From: Campylobacterales bacterium
GTDB lineage: Bacteria > Campylobacterota > Campylobacteria > Campylobacterales > UBA6016
Direction: 5' to 3'
Assembly (NCBI GenBank): GCA_041915365.1
Contig: JAYSBP010000012.1
Coordinates: 843-64,842, forward strand
Length of the DNA stretch: 64,000 nt
A program made the translations under genes and the position numbers. Shown here piece after piece: positions 16,441 to 26,689 of this stretch. The notes under the pieces were generated by a model that did not search any database, had not been told where the DNA came from, and saw nothing but the letters and a program-made list of their open reading frames with translations. The number at the start of each line of letters is the position of its first letter. Positions within the stretch are counted from its first letter, which is position 1.

Positions 16441-16899
16441 CTAGTACTTTGCCACGGCTTCCCCACCGTCCCTCTCCCAAAAAAACTCAACCCACTCATT
16501 CGTCAAATGCAGATAATAATCAGCCTTGATAACGGCGCTTTGTCTCTGAAATAGTGTTGCTGTTTTGAACTCCACTTTCGGATATGCGGCTTTTAGTTTT
16601 TCTACGACAACTTTTAGCGTCTCTCCAGTATCGACTATCTCGTCGGCTACTATTATCTTGCTAGCTCCCGCAAGACTTGGAAGCTCATCCACCACAGGAG
16701 TGCCGAGCTTTTTTTGCCCTTCATAGGAGTAGGTATTGATGGCGTACATCTTGCGAATACCTGTATTCATAGCCAAAAAATGCGCCAGCGTAGCCCCACC
16801 CCTAGCGATAAATACTATCCCATCAGCCCCAAAATCAGACAACTTACCGGCCAACACTTTTGCATCAGCCGCAAACTCCTCATATCCATATTCCCTCAT
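16441..16899 (-). CDS. gpt: purine phosphoribosyltransferase (xanthine/guanine type)
   Basis: PRPP-binding loop KIIVADEIVDTGETL. The ORF runs to 16941, but MREYGYEEF at 16899 avoids overlap with the divergent gene. Confidence 0.7.
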   Translation of the reverse strand: MREYGYEEFAADAKVLAGKLSDFGADGIVFIARGGATLAHFLAMNTGIRKMYAINTYSYEGQKKLGTPVVDELPSLAGASKIIVADEIVDTGETLKVVVEKLKAAYPKVEFKTATLFQRQSAVIKADYYLHLTNEWVEFFWERDGGEAVAKY

Positions 16900-16928
16900 C
16901 GTTAGTCCCTTTTTGGTAAAATGCTTAT

Positions 16929-17801
16929 GTGATAATAACAAAAGAACAAAAAGCCATCCTTTATATGTTTACTGCGACGCTGCTTTTCGCCGTCGTTGCG
17001 CTAATTGCAAAGCTCATCTCCCACCTTGGGGCATTGGAGCTTACGTTTTTTAGAAATTCTGTCGGGATACTGTTTTTGCTAATGTTTTTTGGCTACGCAA
17101 AACAAAAAAAATTCAACGCCGAAAAAATATGGCTTTTACTGTTTCGTGGATTTATCGGAACGGTTGCGTTAATTGCGTTTTTTTACAATGTCTCCGCCGT
17201 GAGCCTGTCAGATGCGCTAACGTTTGCAAAGGCTGAGCCGCTATTTAGCGCAATACTCGCCTTTTGGCTTATGTCGGAGAAACTTGATTTTATCAAAGTA
17301 TCGGCTATCCTTATCGGTTTTTTCGGTATTGCCGTGATAGGGTTTGACAGAGGTATGCACATGGCCTACGCCAATGCCGTAGGCGTATTTGCAGGATTTT
17401 GCTCGGCTCTTGCGTACACTACGATACGACGCATAAGAGATGATTTTGACCATAGATTTGTCGTTCTATCTTTTATGGGATTTGGGACAATTTTGCCTCT
17501 TGTGCTTATGTCGTTTTCAGAGTTTACGGGCGATGGCGAGATTATCAGGGGTTTTGTAGCGCCAAAGGGCGGCGAGATATGGATGCTCCTCATGATAGGG
17601 CTGCTCTCCGCACTCGGTCAAGTATTGATGACAAAAGCGTATTTTTACGCCAAGGCCGGAATAGTGAGCACCGTTAGCTATTTTAGTATATTTTTTGGCG
17701 TGATATTTGGCCTTTTAGCCGGAGACGCACTGCCTAGCCTCACGGTATTTACAGGGATGGGGCTTATAGTAATTTCTGGGATTTTGATAGCGAAAAAATA
17801 G
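16929..17801 (+). CDS. EamA/DMT-family transporter
   Basis: 290 aa with about 10 hydrophobic helices in two EamA-like halves. Confidence 0.7.
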   Translation: MIITKEQKAILYMFTATLLFAVVALIAKLISHLGALELTFFRNSVGILFLLMFFGYAKQKKFNAEKIWLLLFRGFIGTVALIAFFYNVSAVSLSDALTFAKAEPLFSAILAFWLMSEKLDFIKVSAILIGFFGIAVIGFDRGMHMAYANAVGVFAGFCSALAYTTIRRIRDDFDHRFVVLSFMGFGTILPLVLMSFSEFTGDGEIIRGFVAPKGGEIWMLLMIGLLSALGQVLMTKAYFYAKAGIVSTVSYFSIFFGVIFGLLAGDALPSLTVFTGMGLIVISGILIAKK

Positions 17802-19025
17802 ATGAAAAAAGTTTATTTCAAGACATTCGGTTGTCGTACGAATACATTTGACACGCAGACGATGATAGAACATATCGGCGACTATGAACTGGCAAAAGAC
17901 GAGTCCGAGGCTAACGTAGTAGTGGTCAATTCATGTACGGTTACAAACGGTGCAGACACGGGAGTGAGGCAATATATATCCAAAATAAAAAGCAAAAATC
18001 CAGAAATAAAAGTGCTATTCACAGGGTGCGGGATACAAACCGAGGGTAAAAAGCTATTTGACTCCGGCAAGGTAGACGTGGTATTCGGCCACTCGCAAAA
18101 AGCAGAGATAACATCTTTTTTTGAGGAGCCAAAAAAGCTTTTTTCACAAGGTGACAAAAACTATGTTGACGACACAGTAGTTGCGAATTTTGAGGGAAAA
18201 ACAAAGGCGTTTATCAAGATACAAGAGGGGTGTGATTTTGCTTGCAGTTACTGCATCATTCCATCTGTCAGGGGATACAGCAGAGCCATCCCTGCCCGTA
18301 CGGTCATTCGTCAGATAGAGCTTTTGGCAGATAGCGGTTTTAGCGAGTTTATCCTTACAGGTACGAATGTCGGCAGCTACCGAGACAACGAAACAAGCCT
18401 TGAAAAACTGATAAAAAGCATCATAGGTTTGGGGCTTGCGAAAAGAGTTAGGCTAGGAAGCGTAGAGCCGTCCCAAATCACGGACGAGTTTTTGGAGGTC
18501 GTATCACACGAAAATTTCTCCAAACAGCTTCATATCGCTATTCAGCACAGCTCAAACGCAATGCTTGAAAAAATGAACAGAAAAAATCGTTTTGAAGATG
18601 ACTTGAGATTATTTGAAAAGCTCTCAAAACTGGGCTTTGCGCTGGGTACGGACTATATAGTCGGCTTTCCTGGGGAGTCTGAGGCAATATGGGAAGAAGC
18701 AGTGCAAAATATCGAAGCGTTGCCGCTGACGCATATTCATCCATTTATCTACTCAAAGCGTGACGGCACGGCGGCGGCCGATATGAAAATAGACGTAAAC
18801 GGAAACGTCTCAAAAGATAGATTGCACCAAATAAACGAGATAGTGCATCGCAAAAACTACGAGTTTAGAAAAAATTTGAAAATGCCTCTGCTCGTCCACG
18901 TCGAAGACTCAAAGCTTGGTGGATTTGACCAGTTTTTTAACAAGGTGACATTTGACAAGCCGCAGCAAGACGAATGGGTAAAAGTAGAAAAGTACACGGT
19001 ACTGCCGGAAAAGACGATTGGATAA
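17802..19025 (+). CDS. mtaB: radical-SAM tRNA methylthiotransferase (MtaB-like)
   Basis: N-terminal FKTFGCRTNTFDT (UPF0004 domain), the radical-SAM cluster motif CDFACSYC, and a C-terminal TRAM-like end. Confidence 0.8.
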   Translation: MKKVYFKTFGCRTNTFDTQTMIEHIGDYELAKDESEANVVVVNSCTVTNGADTGVRQYISKIKSKNPEIKVLFTGCGIQTEGKKLFDSGKVDVVFGHSQKAEITSFFEEPKKLFSQGDKNYVDDTVVANFEGKTKAFIKIQEGCDFACSYCIIPSVRGYSRAIPARTVIRQIELLADSGFSEFILTGTNVGSYRDNETSLEKLIKSIIGLGLAKRVRLGSVEPSQITDEFLEVVSHENFSKQLHIAIQHSSNAMLEKMNRKNRFEDDLRLFEKLSKLGFALGTDYIVGFPGESEAIWEEAVQNIEALPLTHIHPFIYSKRDGTAAADMKIDVNGNVSKDRLHQINEIVHRKNYEFRKNLKMPLLVHVEDSKLGGFDQFFNKVTFDKPQQDEWVKVEKYTVLPEKTIG

Positions 19026-19028
19026 AAA

Positions 19029-19202
19029 ATGCAAAAAATTAACTGCATAAAATGCAAACATTTCTTTGTGACATACGAGCCGACAAGACCTTACGGCTGT
19101 AAGGCATACGGCTTTAAGAGCCAGCAGATGCCAAGCCTAGTCGTGTTCCAAAGTAGCGGTATGCAATGCGAAATATTTGAGCAAAAGGTAGTAAAAAAAT
19201 GA
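19029..19202 (+). CDS. small CxxC protein (57 aa), below the ORF-track cutoff
   Basis: Manual translation gives MQKINCIKCKHFFVTYEPTRPYGCKAYGFKSQQMPSLVVFQSSGMQCEIFEQKVVKK*. The ATG lies 3 nt after the mtaB stop. Its TGA overlaps the mltA ATG (ATGA). Confidence 0.5.
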   Translation: MQKINCIKCKHFFVTYEPTRPYGCKAYGFKSQQMPSLVVFQSSGMQCEIFEQKVVKK

Positions 19203-20419
19203 GAATTTTTATTTTTGGATTATTGGCCGCTTTGATGCTGGGGTGCGCCCCAAAAGTAGAGCAGGCGACACAAACTGCGCCAGCCGTAAAAGTAGTGGAA
19301 AAACAAAAGATACCGCCGCTTGCAAAATCAAGTAAACATCCGTCTCAAATAGTAAAAACACTACCTACAAAAGAGTTTTTCAAAGCCCTAGACTACTCCA
19401 TAGAGTACTATGAGAGATCATCAATAAAAAACAATATTTTTGACTTTTTGGACCAAAACTATACGGCGTCTCAAATGGCAGATTCGCTAAGGCTATTCAA
19501 AGAGATAGCCAAGCTTCCGAGGGAAAAATTTTTGGAAAGACTTGATAATGAATTTACCGTATATGAGAGTAAAAATGAAAATAACGGTTCGCTAATAACC
19601 GGCTATTATGCACCGGTACTTAGGGGCTCTTTTACAAAAACAGAAAAGTATAACGCCCCACTCTACCCACTCCCAAAAGATTTGGTTGTAGCAAAACTAA
19701 AAAAATTTCCGACGGCAAAATCTGTGCGAAATATTGCAGGTAAAGTCGAAAATAGCGAGCTCGTCCCGTACTACACCAGAGAAGAGATAATGAACGGAGC
19801 GTTAAAAGAAAAACCACTTCTTTATCTAGATAACGAAATGGACGCTTTCTTGCTCGAAGTGCAAGGCTCTGGGATAGTAGACATCAATGGAACAAAGCAC
19901 TACATAGGATATGCAGGCAAAAATGGGCATCCATACACATCGATTGGCAAGATAGTCTACGAGGAAAAATTACTAGACTCATCCAAAATAAATATGCAAA
20001 CCATAAAGGAACTTCTAGACTCCAATGAGACATTGAGAGACCACGTGCTAAGTAAAAATAAAAGTTTTGTCTTCTTCAAACTCAATACAAAACAAGGGGT
20101 ATTTGGAAATATAACTGTGCCTCTTACCGCCAAAGAGAGCGTGGCTATGGATAGCGAACTGCTCCCGAGAGGTGCGCTAGCATACATAAAAACGGTAGTT
20201 CCAAAAAAATTAAACGGTCTTGCCGTAGTTCCAAGAAGTGAACGAGAGCCGTTTGAGAAGTTTTTTATGGTGCAAGACACCGGTGGAGCTATAAGGGGCG
20301 GAGGACGTGTGGATATATACTTTGGAGAGGGCGAAGAGGCACTTTTTTATGCTGGGCAGACAGCCTCCAAAGGTGAAATTTATTTGCTTGTTGCAAAAAA
20401 GGAGAAATTAGCAAAATGA
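19199..20419 (+). CDS. mltA: membrane-bound lytic murein transglycosylase A (lipoprotein)
   Basis: Lipobox LMLGC. MltA-specific region (GYYAPVLRGS..., LEVQGSG) and a 3D domain (VQDTGGAIRGGGRVDIYFG). Confidence 0.8.
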   Translation: MRIFIFGLLAALMLGCAPKVEQATQTAPAVKVVEKQKIPPLAKSSKHPSQIVKTLPTKEFFKALDYSIEYYERSSIKNNIFDFLDQNYTASQMADSLRLFKEIAKLPREKFLERLDNEFTVYESKNENNGSLITGYYAPVLRGSFTKTEKYNAPLYPLPKDLVVAKLKKFPTAKSVRNIAGKVENSELVPYYTREEIMNGALKEKPLLYLDNEMDAFLLEVQGSGIVDINGTKHYIGYAGKNGHPYTSIGKIVYEEKLLDSSKINMQTIKELLDSNETLRDHVLSKNKSFVFFKLNTKQGVFGNITVPLTAKESVAMDSELLPRGALAYIKTVVPKKLNGLAVVPRSEREPFEKFFMVQDTGGAIRGGGRVDIYFGEGEEALFYAGQTASKGEIYLLVAKKEKLAK

Positions 20420-21180
20420 AAAGCATCATATTTTCCATATTGGCGATATTTTTGTTTGCCGGATGTGCGGTAAACGAACAGCCAAAAAATTGTTTTGACA
20501 AGAGTAGATTGGAGCAAAAAGAATACGACTCGCTCAAAAACGCAAACGCATCGCTAGCCACATTCAAAACAGAGTACGCTGAAATGTCGTCATATATTAA
20601 TTTTTTGAACTCATATACGGCGGAATACTCAAAATATATTAGTGCGGCATCTACGGCATCTATCGTAATCAAATATATGCCGATTCCATACGCAGGGCAA
20701 ATATCATCATCTGCAGCATTTGGGGCAAAAATGACGGCGCTTGCTAGTGCGGCATCAAAATCAGTCTCAAAGCTAAATACATCGTCAATAGAGTTTGATA
20801 TGAGGCTAACTGCATACGAAGTAAGCAAAAACCCGCAAAAACTTCAAGAAGCTCGCAAATACGCATCAACCGTGCTTCAAAACGACCTTGAAGAGGCAAA
20901 ACAAAGCCTCATTAGACTAAAAGACGGTGCAGCGGGGCTTATGGCCGTTAGCATGGCAATATCTCAATACTGCAATTCAGGTGATCAGCTATTATCAAAG
21001 GCTACCTCTTTGTTTTCAAGCAAATCAGACACGGACAAGCGAGCCCAAATAGATAATACTATGAAATCTAAAACGGAAAGTTTTGATAAGAGAATGACGA
21101 AAGTAACTACAAGCTTCGAGAGCACAAAGGGGTATATAAAAAACGCAGATACCTATGGGGCCTTAAGCGACGAGCTCTAA
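20416..21180 (+). CDS. lipoprotein, unknown function
   Basis: Signal peptide plus lipobox (LFAGC). Ala/Ser-rich helical protein. Its start overlaps the mltA stop. Confidence 0.5.
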   Translation: MKSIIFSILAIFLFAGCAVNEQPKNCFDKSRLEQKEYDSLKNANASLATFKTEYAEMSSYINFLNSYTAEYSKYISAASTASIVIKYMPIPYAGQISSSAAFGAKMTALASAASKSVSKLNTSSIEFDMRLTAYEVSKNPQKLQEARKYASTVLQNDLEEAKQSLIRLKDGAAGLMAVSMAISQYCNSGDQLLSKATSLFSSKSDTDKRAQIDNTMKSKTESFDKRMTKVTTSFESTKGYIKNADTYGALSDEL

Positions 21181-21746
21181 GCTTTTACTCTTGATTCTAT
21201 AGCACGAGCAAGCGATACGGTGTCGATATTTTCAAATGCGACGCCAGTCGGCACGCCGTGCGCTATTTTTGTAAATGTAGCACCGTATTTTGAGAGCCTA
21301 TCCTCAAGGTATACTATAAGGCCGTCGCTCTCAACGGAAGGGGTAAAAGCAAATATTACCTCCTCTACTCCGCTTTTTACGCACTCTTCTAGCCTGTCGA
21401 CAAGCACTGCTCTCATCTCTTCAAAGACAAAGTATCTGCCGTCATATCCGCCGCTAAGCTCCAAAGAAAAAATATCTTTTGCGCTTGAGACTATACACAG
21501 TCTTTTTTCGTCCCTCTCTTCGTCGGCACAGATGTGACATATCTCGTCTTCCGTGATATTGCCGCACACTTCGCATTTTTGAACGCTTCGCACAGCCTCT
21601 TCGACGAGATGAGACAGCTTCACGGCCTTGAAGTTGTCCTCAAACAATAGATGATATGCTATCTTAAAGGCGCTCTTTCTCCCTACAGTAGGGAGTGCGG
21701 CAAACAAATCCACAAGCTCCGCAAATTTCGTGCTAGACTTTTTCAT
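21177..21746 (-). CDS. recR: recombination protein RecR
   Basis: HhH N-terminus ([16 protein letters not shown]), a C4 zinc finger ([16 protein letters not shown]) and a Toprim region. Confidence 0.85.
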   Translation of the reverse strand: MKKSSTKFAELVDLFAALPTVGRKSAFKIAYHLLFEDNFKAVKLSHLVEEAVRSVQKCEVCGNITEDEICHICADEERDEKRLCIVSSAKDIFSLELSGGYDGRYFVFEEMRAVLVDRLEECVKSGVEEVIFAFTPSVESDGLIVYLEDRLSKYGATFTKIAHGVPTGVAFENIDTVSLARAIESRVKA

Positions 21747-21828
21747 GAGGCGGATATTACAGGATAATTATTTAAATCTTATGCACCGTTTTGGTAAAAT
21801 TCGCAAAAAATTTTCTAGAGGTTTGAGA

Positions 21829-22953
21829 ATGATAGAGATATGTTATTACGAGCTTTTGGAAGTGGAAAAGACAGCTTCACAAGACGAACTAAAAAAGGCA
21901 TACAGAAAACTGGCGATGAAGTATCACCCAGACAAAAATCAGGGAGATAGTGATGCCGAAGAAAAATTCAAGGCGATAAACGAAGCATATCAAATATTAA
22001 GCGATGAAAACAAAAGAGCTATATACGACAGATATGGCAAAAAAGGGCTAGAAGGTCAAATGGGCGGGGGCGGCTCTGGCGGCTTCGGATTTGATTTTGG
22101 TGATTTTGATTCGATATTTGACTCGTTCTTTGGCGGCGGCAGCAGAGGTGGCGGCAAGCGGACTAAACAAGATAGATACAACCTAGATATGGCTGTATCG
22201 GCTACCATAGAATTTACCGAGGCGATATTTGGCTGCAAGCAAGAGGTAAAATACAAGTACAAAAAACCTTGCGATGAGTGCAGCGGTAGCGGTGCAAAAG
22301 ACGGCAAGAGGACTCAATGCCCAGACTGCGGCGGAAGCGGACAGGTATATCTAAGACAAGGCTTTATGACATTCTCTCAGACTTGTCCAAAATGCGGCGG
22401 CGAGGGTGAAATAGTCAAAGAAAAATGTCCGAAATGCAAAGGCAACGGTTATGAAGAGGTTGAAGATAATATAACCGTAGATATTCCAGCCGGCGTTGAT
22501 GACCAAAACAGAATCAGAGTCGCAGGGCGTGGAAATCTCTCGAAGGGCGGCTCAAGGGGCGACCTTTATATCGTAATTAGCGTCAAAGAGGACAAAAAAT
22601 ACGTCAGAGACGGAGACGACATATATCTCGAGGTACCGGTATTTTTCACACAAACGCTTCTTGGAGAGACCATTAAATTCCCTGGCCTTAGAGGGGAGCT
22701 AGAGCTAAAGCTAAAGCCTGACACAAAAGATAAAGAGCAGTTTGTATTCAAAAATGAAGGCGCTCCAAACGTCCGCTCAAAGCGAAACGGAAGCTTCATC
22801 GTCCAGATAAAAATAGTAAAACCGTCAAAACTAACGGATGAGCAAAGAGAGATCATTGAAAAGCTTCATGAAAGTTTTGGATTTGAGGGCAAGCAAAGCG
22901 AAAGCGAGTATGAGGGATTGTTTGACAAGATAAAACACTGGTTTGGCTACTAA
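21829..22953 (+). CDS. dnaJ: molecular chaperone DnaJ
   Basis: J-domain (YYELLEV...KYHPDKN), G/F region and four CxxCxGxG zinc motifs. The ORF opens at 21730, but ATG 21829 with an AGAGG RBS gives the canonical N-terminus. Confidence 0.9.
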   Translation: MIEICYYELLEVEKTASQDELKKAYRKLAMKYHPDKNQGDSDAEEKFKAINEAYQILSDENKRAIYDRYGKKGLEGQMGGGGSGGFGFDFGDFDSIFDSFFGGGSRGGGKRTKQDRYNLDMAVSATIEFTEAIFGCKQEVKYKYKKPCDECSGSGAKDGKRTQCPDCGGSGQVYLRQGFMTFSQTCPKCGGEGEIVKEKCPKCKGNGYEEVEDNITVDIPAGVDDQNRIRVAGRGNLSKGGSRGDLYIVISVKEDKKYVRDGDDIYLEVPVFFTQTLLGETIKFPGLRGELELKLKPDTKDKEQFVFKNEGAPNVRSKRNGSFIVQIKIVKPSKLTDEQREIIEKLHESFGFEGKQSESEYEGLFDKIKHWFGY

Positions 22954-22964
22954 AAGCCAAACCA
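22939..22964. terminator. bidirectional hairpin between convergent dnaJ and the DUF2892-like gene
   Basis: TGGTTTGGCT-ACTAAA-AGCCAAACCA: a perfect 10-bp stem enclosing the dnaJ stop codon. Confidence 0.5.
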
Positions 22965-22974
22965 CGAGGAAGGA

Positions 22975-23199
22975 TTACTCTCCCTCTTTTTTCTCGCCAT
23001 CTTTTGGGGCCATTTTGCAAGCCGTATTGATGCCAAGAACACTATAGAGACCACAAAAACCAAACACACCCGTACCCATCACGATAAGACCTATGATAGT
23101 CAAAGCTATACTCTGGATACCTACCGTACCAACGAGCACTAACAAAGCCCCTATAACCATTCTTGCGGTTTTATCTATCCCGCCGACGTTCTTTTTCAT
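22975..23199 (-). CDS. small membrane protein, DUF2892/YgaP-like
   Basis: 74 aa with N-terminal GGIDKTARMVIG followed by two TM helices. Confidence 0.55.
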   Translation of the reverse strand: MKKNVGGIDKTARMVIGALLVLVGTVGIQSIALTIIGLIVMGTGVFGFCGLYSVLGINTACKMAPKDGEKKEGE

Positions 23200-23228
23200 C
23201 AGATGTCCTTTGTTTGAAAATCTGCTGA

Positions 23229-23867
23229 TTATAACAAAATAGATAGTAAAACGTTAGCCGGCAACATAAAAATACTAACAAGCGGTGTCGCAAGTATAAT
23301 AATGAGGATAATCATCCCATATCTGCCGACTTTTTCATTAAATTCATCTATAGCTCTAATCCCAAATTTTCTACCCAAAAATCCGAGCGCATTCGAGCCG
23401 TCAAGCGGGGGTATCGGCCAAAGATTAAAAACCGCCAAAATAACGTTGTAAATAACCATGTAATAAAGTATATGCACTATAAGCCCGTCACCACCGACAA
23501 AGCCCAAAAGCACGGAAGATATCACGGCCATAAATAAATTATAGATTATACCGGCTAGAGAGACCGCTATTGTGCCGTTATATCCGCCGTTTCGCATAAC
23601 AGTCCACATATTCACCGGAACAGGTTTTGCCCATCCAAACAAAAAAGGAGAGCCTGACACAAAAAGAAGTAGCGGAACAACTATAGAGCCTAATGGGTCT
23701 ATGTGTATTATAGGGTTTATCGAAAGCCTACCCTCGTTTTTTGCCGTGTTGTCACCGTATTTGTATGCTACATATCCGTGCATTATCTCATGCCCAATTA
23801 TCGCAACCATCAAGGCTACGATAATCGATACGGCCTTTAGCGGATTGAAGTCGGCAAAATCAAGCAC
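23229..23867 (-). CDS. site-2 protease family (M50) membrane metalloprotease
   Basis: HEIMH zinc motif in the first TM region. 212 aa polytopic protein. Confidence 0.7.
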   Translation of the reverse strand: MLDFADFNPLKAVSIIVALMVAIIGHEIMHGYVAYKYGDNTAKNEGRLSINPIIHIDPLGSIVVPLLLFVSGSPFLFGWAKPVPVNMWTVMRNGGYNGTIAVSLAGIIYNLFMAVISSVLLGFVGGDGLIVHILYYMVIYNVILAVFNLWPIPPLDGSNALGFLGRKFGIRAIDEFNEKVGRYGMIILIIILATPLVSIFMLPANVLLSILL

Positions 23868-24728
23868 TTACTTTAACTCACCCTCTAGCGCTTCTATTGT
23901 TTTTCCCATTCTATTCCATCTAATTAGATAGTTATCATCCCAGCTAAAGTATATAAACCAAGGCTTTCCAACTACCTGCGAATATGATACCGGACCCCAA
24001 TACCTGCTGTCTGCGGAATTATCACGGTTGTCACCCATCATAAAAAACTTATCTTTCCCGAGTTTTACCGGGCCAAAGAAGTATTTGCGCAGTCTCACGT
24101 CATTGGAATCAAGAACCGTAAAAGGAGTTTCATAGACAGGCTCTGAGCTTACTGCCCCAGCATAGTACTCTTTTGGGTCGAGATATTTGGTATCAACGTC
24201 TATGCCGCCCATATCCGCAGATAGTTTTTTGTTGTCATAGTGTATACCTTTGTGTTCGTTTTGATATGGATTTTTTACCCATAGCCTGCCGCCTATAGAT
24301 ACCAGCTCATAACCTTTGAAATTTGCTTTTGCGTACTCATCGCCTTCGCTTGGGTGAAGATACAAATCTTGGTTGTGAAAGAAAAGCTCATCGCCGTCAA
24401 CGGCAACACATCTTTTAACAAAGTGAACTTTTTCGTTGAGTGGATAGCGAAATATGACTATATCGCCTCTTTTTGGCCTATCGCCCTCTATCAAATGCCC
24501 GTCATGGTTTGGAACAAGCGGGATTTCAAGAAACGGAATATGTGGCGTAGGAACACCGTATGCGAATTTTTTTACGAAAAGGTGGTCGCCAATAAGAAGC
24601 GTTTTTATCATAGAGCCCGACGGGATTACAAATGCTTGAGCGACAAAAAATACGACAAGCAAAACTATTATGACGGTACCCGTCCAGCTATTTGAAAATT
24701 TATAAAGTTTTAGTAATTTTTCTTTCAT
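23868..24728 (-). CDS. lepB: signal peptidase I
   Basis: Catalytic Ser box IPSGSM, plus KRCVAVDGD and MMGDNRDNSADSRYWG. ATG 24728 forms an ATGA overlap with the folD stop. The longer ORF to 24818 would run into folD. Confidence 0.85.
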   Translation of the reverse strand: MKEKLLKLYKFSNSWTGTVIIVLLVVFFVAQAFVIPSGSMIKTLLIGDHLFVKKFAYGVPTPHIPFLEIPLVPNHDGHLIEGDRPKRGDIVIFRYPLNEKVHFVKRCVAVDGDELFFHNQDLYLHPSEGDEYAKANFKGYELVSIGGRLWVKNPYQNEHKGIHYDNKKLSADMGGIDVDTKYLDPKEYYAGAVSSEPVYETPFTVLDSNDVRLRKYFFGPVKLGKDKFFMMGDNRDNSADSRYWGPVSYSQVVGKPWFIYFSWDDNYLIRWNRMGKTIEALEGELK

Positions 24729-25561
24729 ATCGATTTTGCTGCCTTTAGCGTATTGGATAGTAACATTGCGATAGTCATAGGACCTACGCCACCCGGTACC
24801 GGAGTAATAAACGAGCATTTTTCGGCAACATCCTCAGCTACGTCGCCCACAAGTTTATCCCCAACCCTATTGATACCTATATCAACAACTACAGCACCCT
24901 CTTTTATCATATCCACAGTTATCAAATTGGGCTTGCCTACACCGACAAAAACCATATCGGCACGTCTGGTATGCTCTGCGAGATCTTTTGTAAATATATG
25001 GCATATATCAACCGTCGCTCCAGCATTCAAAAGCAAGCTTGCCATCGGTTTTCCAACTATATTGCTGGCGCCGACCACAACGCAGTCCTTCCCCTTGACA
25101 TCTACTTTATGCTCCGCAAGAAGTTCCATAACACCAAGCGGCGTACAAGGGACAAAAGTGTCAAGTCCCGCTACCAAACGGCCTAGATTAAAAGGGTGAA
25201 AACCGTCAACGTCTTTTGATGGAGCTATCGCCTCCAGAATTTTTGTAGAATCTACATGGCTAGGAAGTGGGAGCTGGACAAGAAGTCCGTGAATTTTTGG
25301 ATTTTCATTTATCATCTGGATAGTCGAGAGTATATCAGCCTCTGTTACCGTGCTTGGCATCTCGTGCGTCACGCTATATATCCCCACCTCTTTGCAAGCT
25401 TTTGCCTTCATCGAAACATAAGCGTGACTTGCGGGGTCATTTCCGACAAGTAATACCGCAAGACCAGGGGTAACCCCTTTTTCTTCTATAAATTTCGCAG
25501 TCTCTTTTTTTAGATTTTCTTTTATTTTTGAAGAGAGTTTTTTACCGTCCAAAAGCTCCAC
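24725..25561 (-). CDS. folD: bifunctional methylene-THF dehydrogenase/methenyl-THF cyclohydrolase
   Basis: PGLAVLLVGNDPASHAYV, LVQLPLP, GASNIVGKPMA and PVPGGVGPMT. Confidence 0.9.
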   Translation of the reverse strand: MELLDGKKLSSKIKENLKKETAKFIEEKGVTPGLAVLLVGNDPASHAYVSMKAKACKEVGIYSVTHEMPSTVTEADILSTIQMINENPKIHGLLVQLPLPSHVDSTKILEAIAPSKDVDGFHPFNLGRLVAGLDTFVPCTPLGVMELLAEHKVDVKGKDCVVVGASNIVGKPMASLLLNAGATVDICHIFTKDLAEHTRRADMVFVGVGKPNLITVDMIKEGAVVVDIGINRVGDKLVGDVAEDVAEKCSFITPVPGGVGPMTIAMLLSNTLKAAKSI

Positions 25562-25619
25562 GGGCTTCCTTTAAATCAAGCTAAATTACTGTATTATAGG
25601 ATAATTTTGCTTTGAGGGC

Positions 25620-25976
25620 GTGGGTTTGACAAGGTCTTTTTTTGCCGTTATTTTGGCTTTTAGCGTGGCTCACTCGGAGTCATTTATAAATAATTATGAA
25701 TACGGTGAAATGCTATACAAAAATCCCAGAGGAGTTGGGTGTGACAAGTGTCACGGCAAATACGGAGAGGGTATGAACCTCGGTAACTACACAAAAAACA
25801 ACAAAACTATTCAAATAATAGCCCCAAAAATCTCAAAAAGCTCATTTGCGCAAATCAAAAATAGTCTTAAGTATACGAAAAAAAGAAGTGTTATGCCGGA
25901 GTATTTCTTGACGGATAGTGAGATAGAGGCTCTAATATATTATTTGTCAAAAGCGAATGCACAGAGTATAAACTAG
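25620..25976 (+). CDS. small periplasmic c-type cytochrome
   Basis: Signal peptide and a single haem-binding CDKCH motif. GTG start. Confidence 0.65.
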   Translation: MGLTRSFFAVILAFSVAHSESFINNYEYGEMLYKNPRGVGCDKCHGKYGEGMNLGNYTKNNKTIQIIAPKISKSSFAQIKNSLKYTKKRSVMPEYFLTDSEIEALIYYLSKANAQSIN

Positions 25977-25992
25977 GCGGAAAACCGCCTAG
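25973..25992. terminator. bidirectional rho-independent-type hairpin between the cytochrome c gene and hup
   Basis: CTAGGCGG-AAAA-CCGCCTAG: a perfect 8-bp GC-rich stem with a 4-nt loop that overlaps the cytochrome gene's stop codon. Confidence 0.6.
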
Positions 25993-26001
25993 AAAGTTAA
26001 A

Positions 26002-26310
26002 TTACTTTTTTTTACCTTTAGCCGCAGGAGCTTTTTTACCAGCTACAGCTTCTTTAAGTTTAGCACCTACTTTGAAAGTAACAGCTTTTGTAGCAGGTAT
26101 TTTGATAGTTTGACCAGTTCCTGGATTTCTACCCATTCTCTCAGGTCTTTTTACAACTTTAAAAGTACCAAAACCTATAAACGGAACATCTTGACCTTTT
26201 GCAAGAGTCTCAGAGATTACCGCTAGTATTGCGTTAAGATTCGCTTCAGAATCTTTTTTTGAAGTACCGGCTTTAGCGGCAACCATAGAGATGAATTCAG
26301 CCTTATTCAT
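26002..26310 (-). CDS. hup: DNA-binding protein HU with a lysine-rich tail
   Basis: MNKAEFISMVAAKAG...FGTFKVVKRPERMGRNPGTGQTIKIPA is canonical HU. The upstream extension to 26388 is not HU-like. Confidence 0.85.
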   Translation of the reverse strand: MNKAEFISMVAAKAGTSKKDSEANLNAILAVISETLAKGQDVPFIGFGTFKVVKRPERMGRNPGTGQTIKIPATKAVTFKVGAKLKEAVAGKKAPAAKGKKK

Positions 26311-26459
26311 AGGACGTCTCCTCTGTAAATTAATGTAATGCGCCCATATTCTAGCATAAAAACCAATGAAATCAAGGGGTAAAGGCAATATTTTTCACGA
26401 AAATGGCAATAGAGTACATATTATTAAGCTATTTGTAAGGAAAAGATTACTTTTTGGGG

Positions 26460-26648
26460 CTACTTTTTACTGCTAGTTTTGCCCTTTTTATTCAAAAAAG
26501 CTTTAATTGCATTTGCGCCTTTATACATCGGCTCTAGTTTTTTAAGGCTATCCAAATCCTCTATTGAAGAATCTTCCCTCTCGGCCTTTTTTTCTTTTTG
26601 AGGTTTTGAAATCTCACCTTTTGCATACTCTTCGTCATTGTCTATCAT
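26460..26648 (-). CDS. small charged hypothetical protein
   Basis: 62 aa, Lys/Glu-rich, with no recognisable domain. Support comes only from the ORF and its position. Confidence 0.3.
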   Translation of the reverse strand: MIDNDEEYAKGEISKPQKEKKAEREDSSIEDLDSLKKLEPMYKGANAIKAFLNKKGKTSSKK

Positions 26649-26689
26649 AGCAAGGCACCCTCCCTAGGTGGTCTTAAATATGGGCTCTA

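Noticed and set aside
24729-24818. N-terminal ORF extensions of lepB. The same type of extension occurs for hup (26311-26388), dnaJ (21730-21828), hypC (29401-29445), hydC (37521-37580), hemJ (62143-62175) and gpt (16900-16941).
   Set aside because: The extensions overlap neighbouring genes or add non-homologous residues ahead of canonical family N-termini. Internal starts restore the standard N-termini and the ATGA/TGATG-type coupling.
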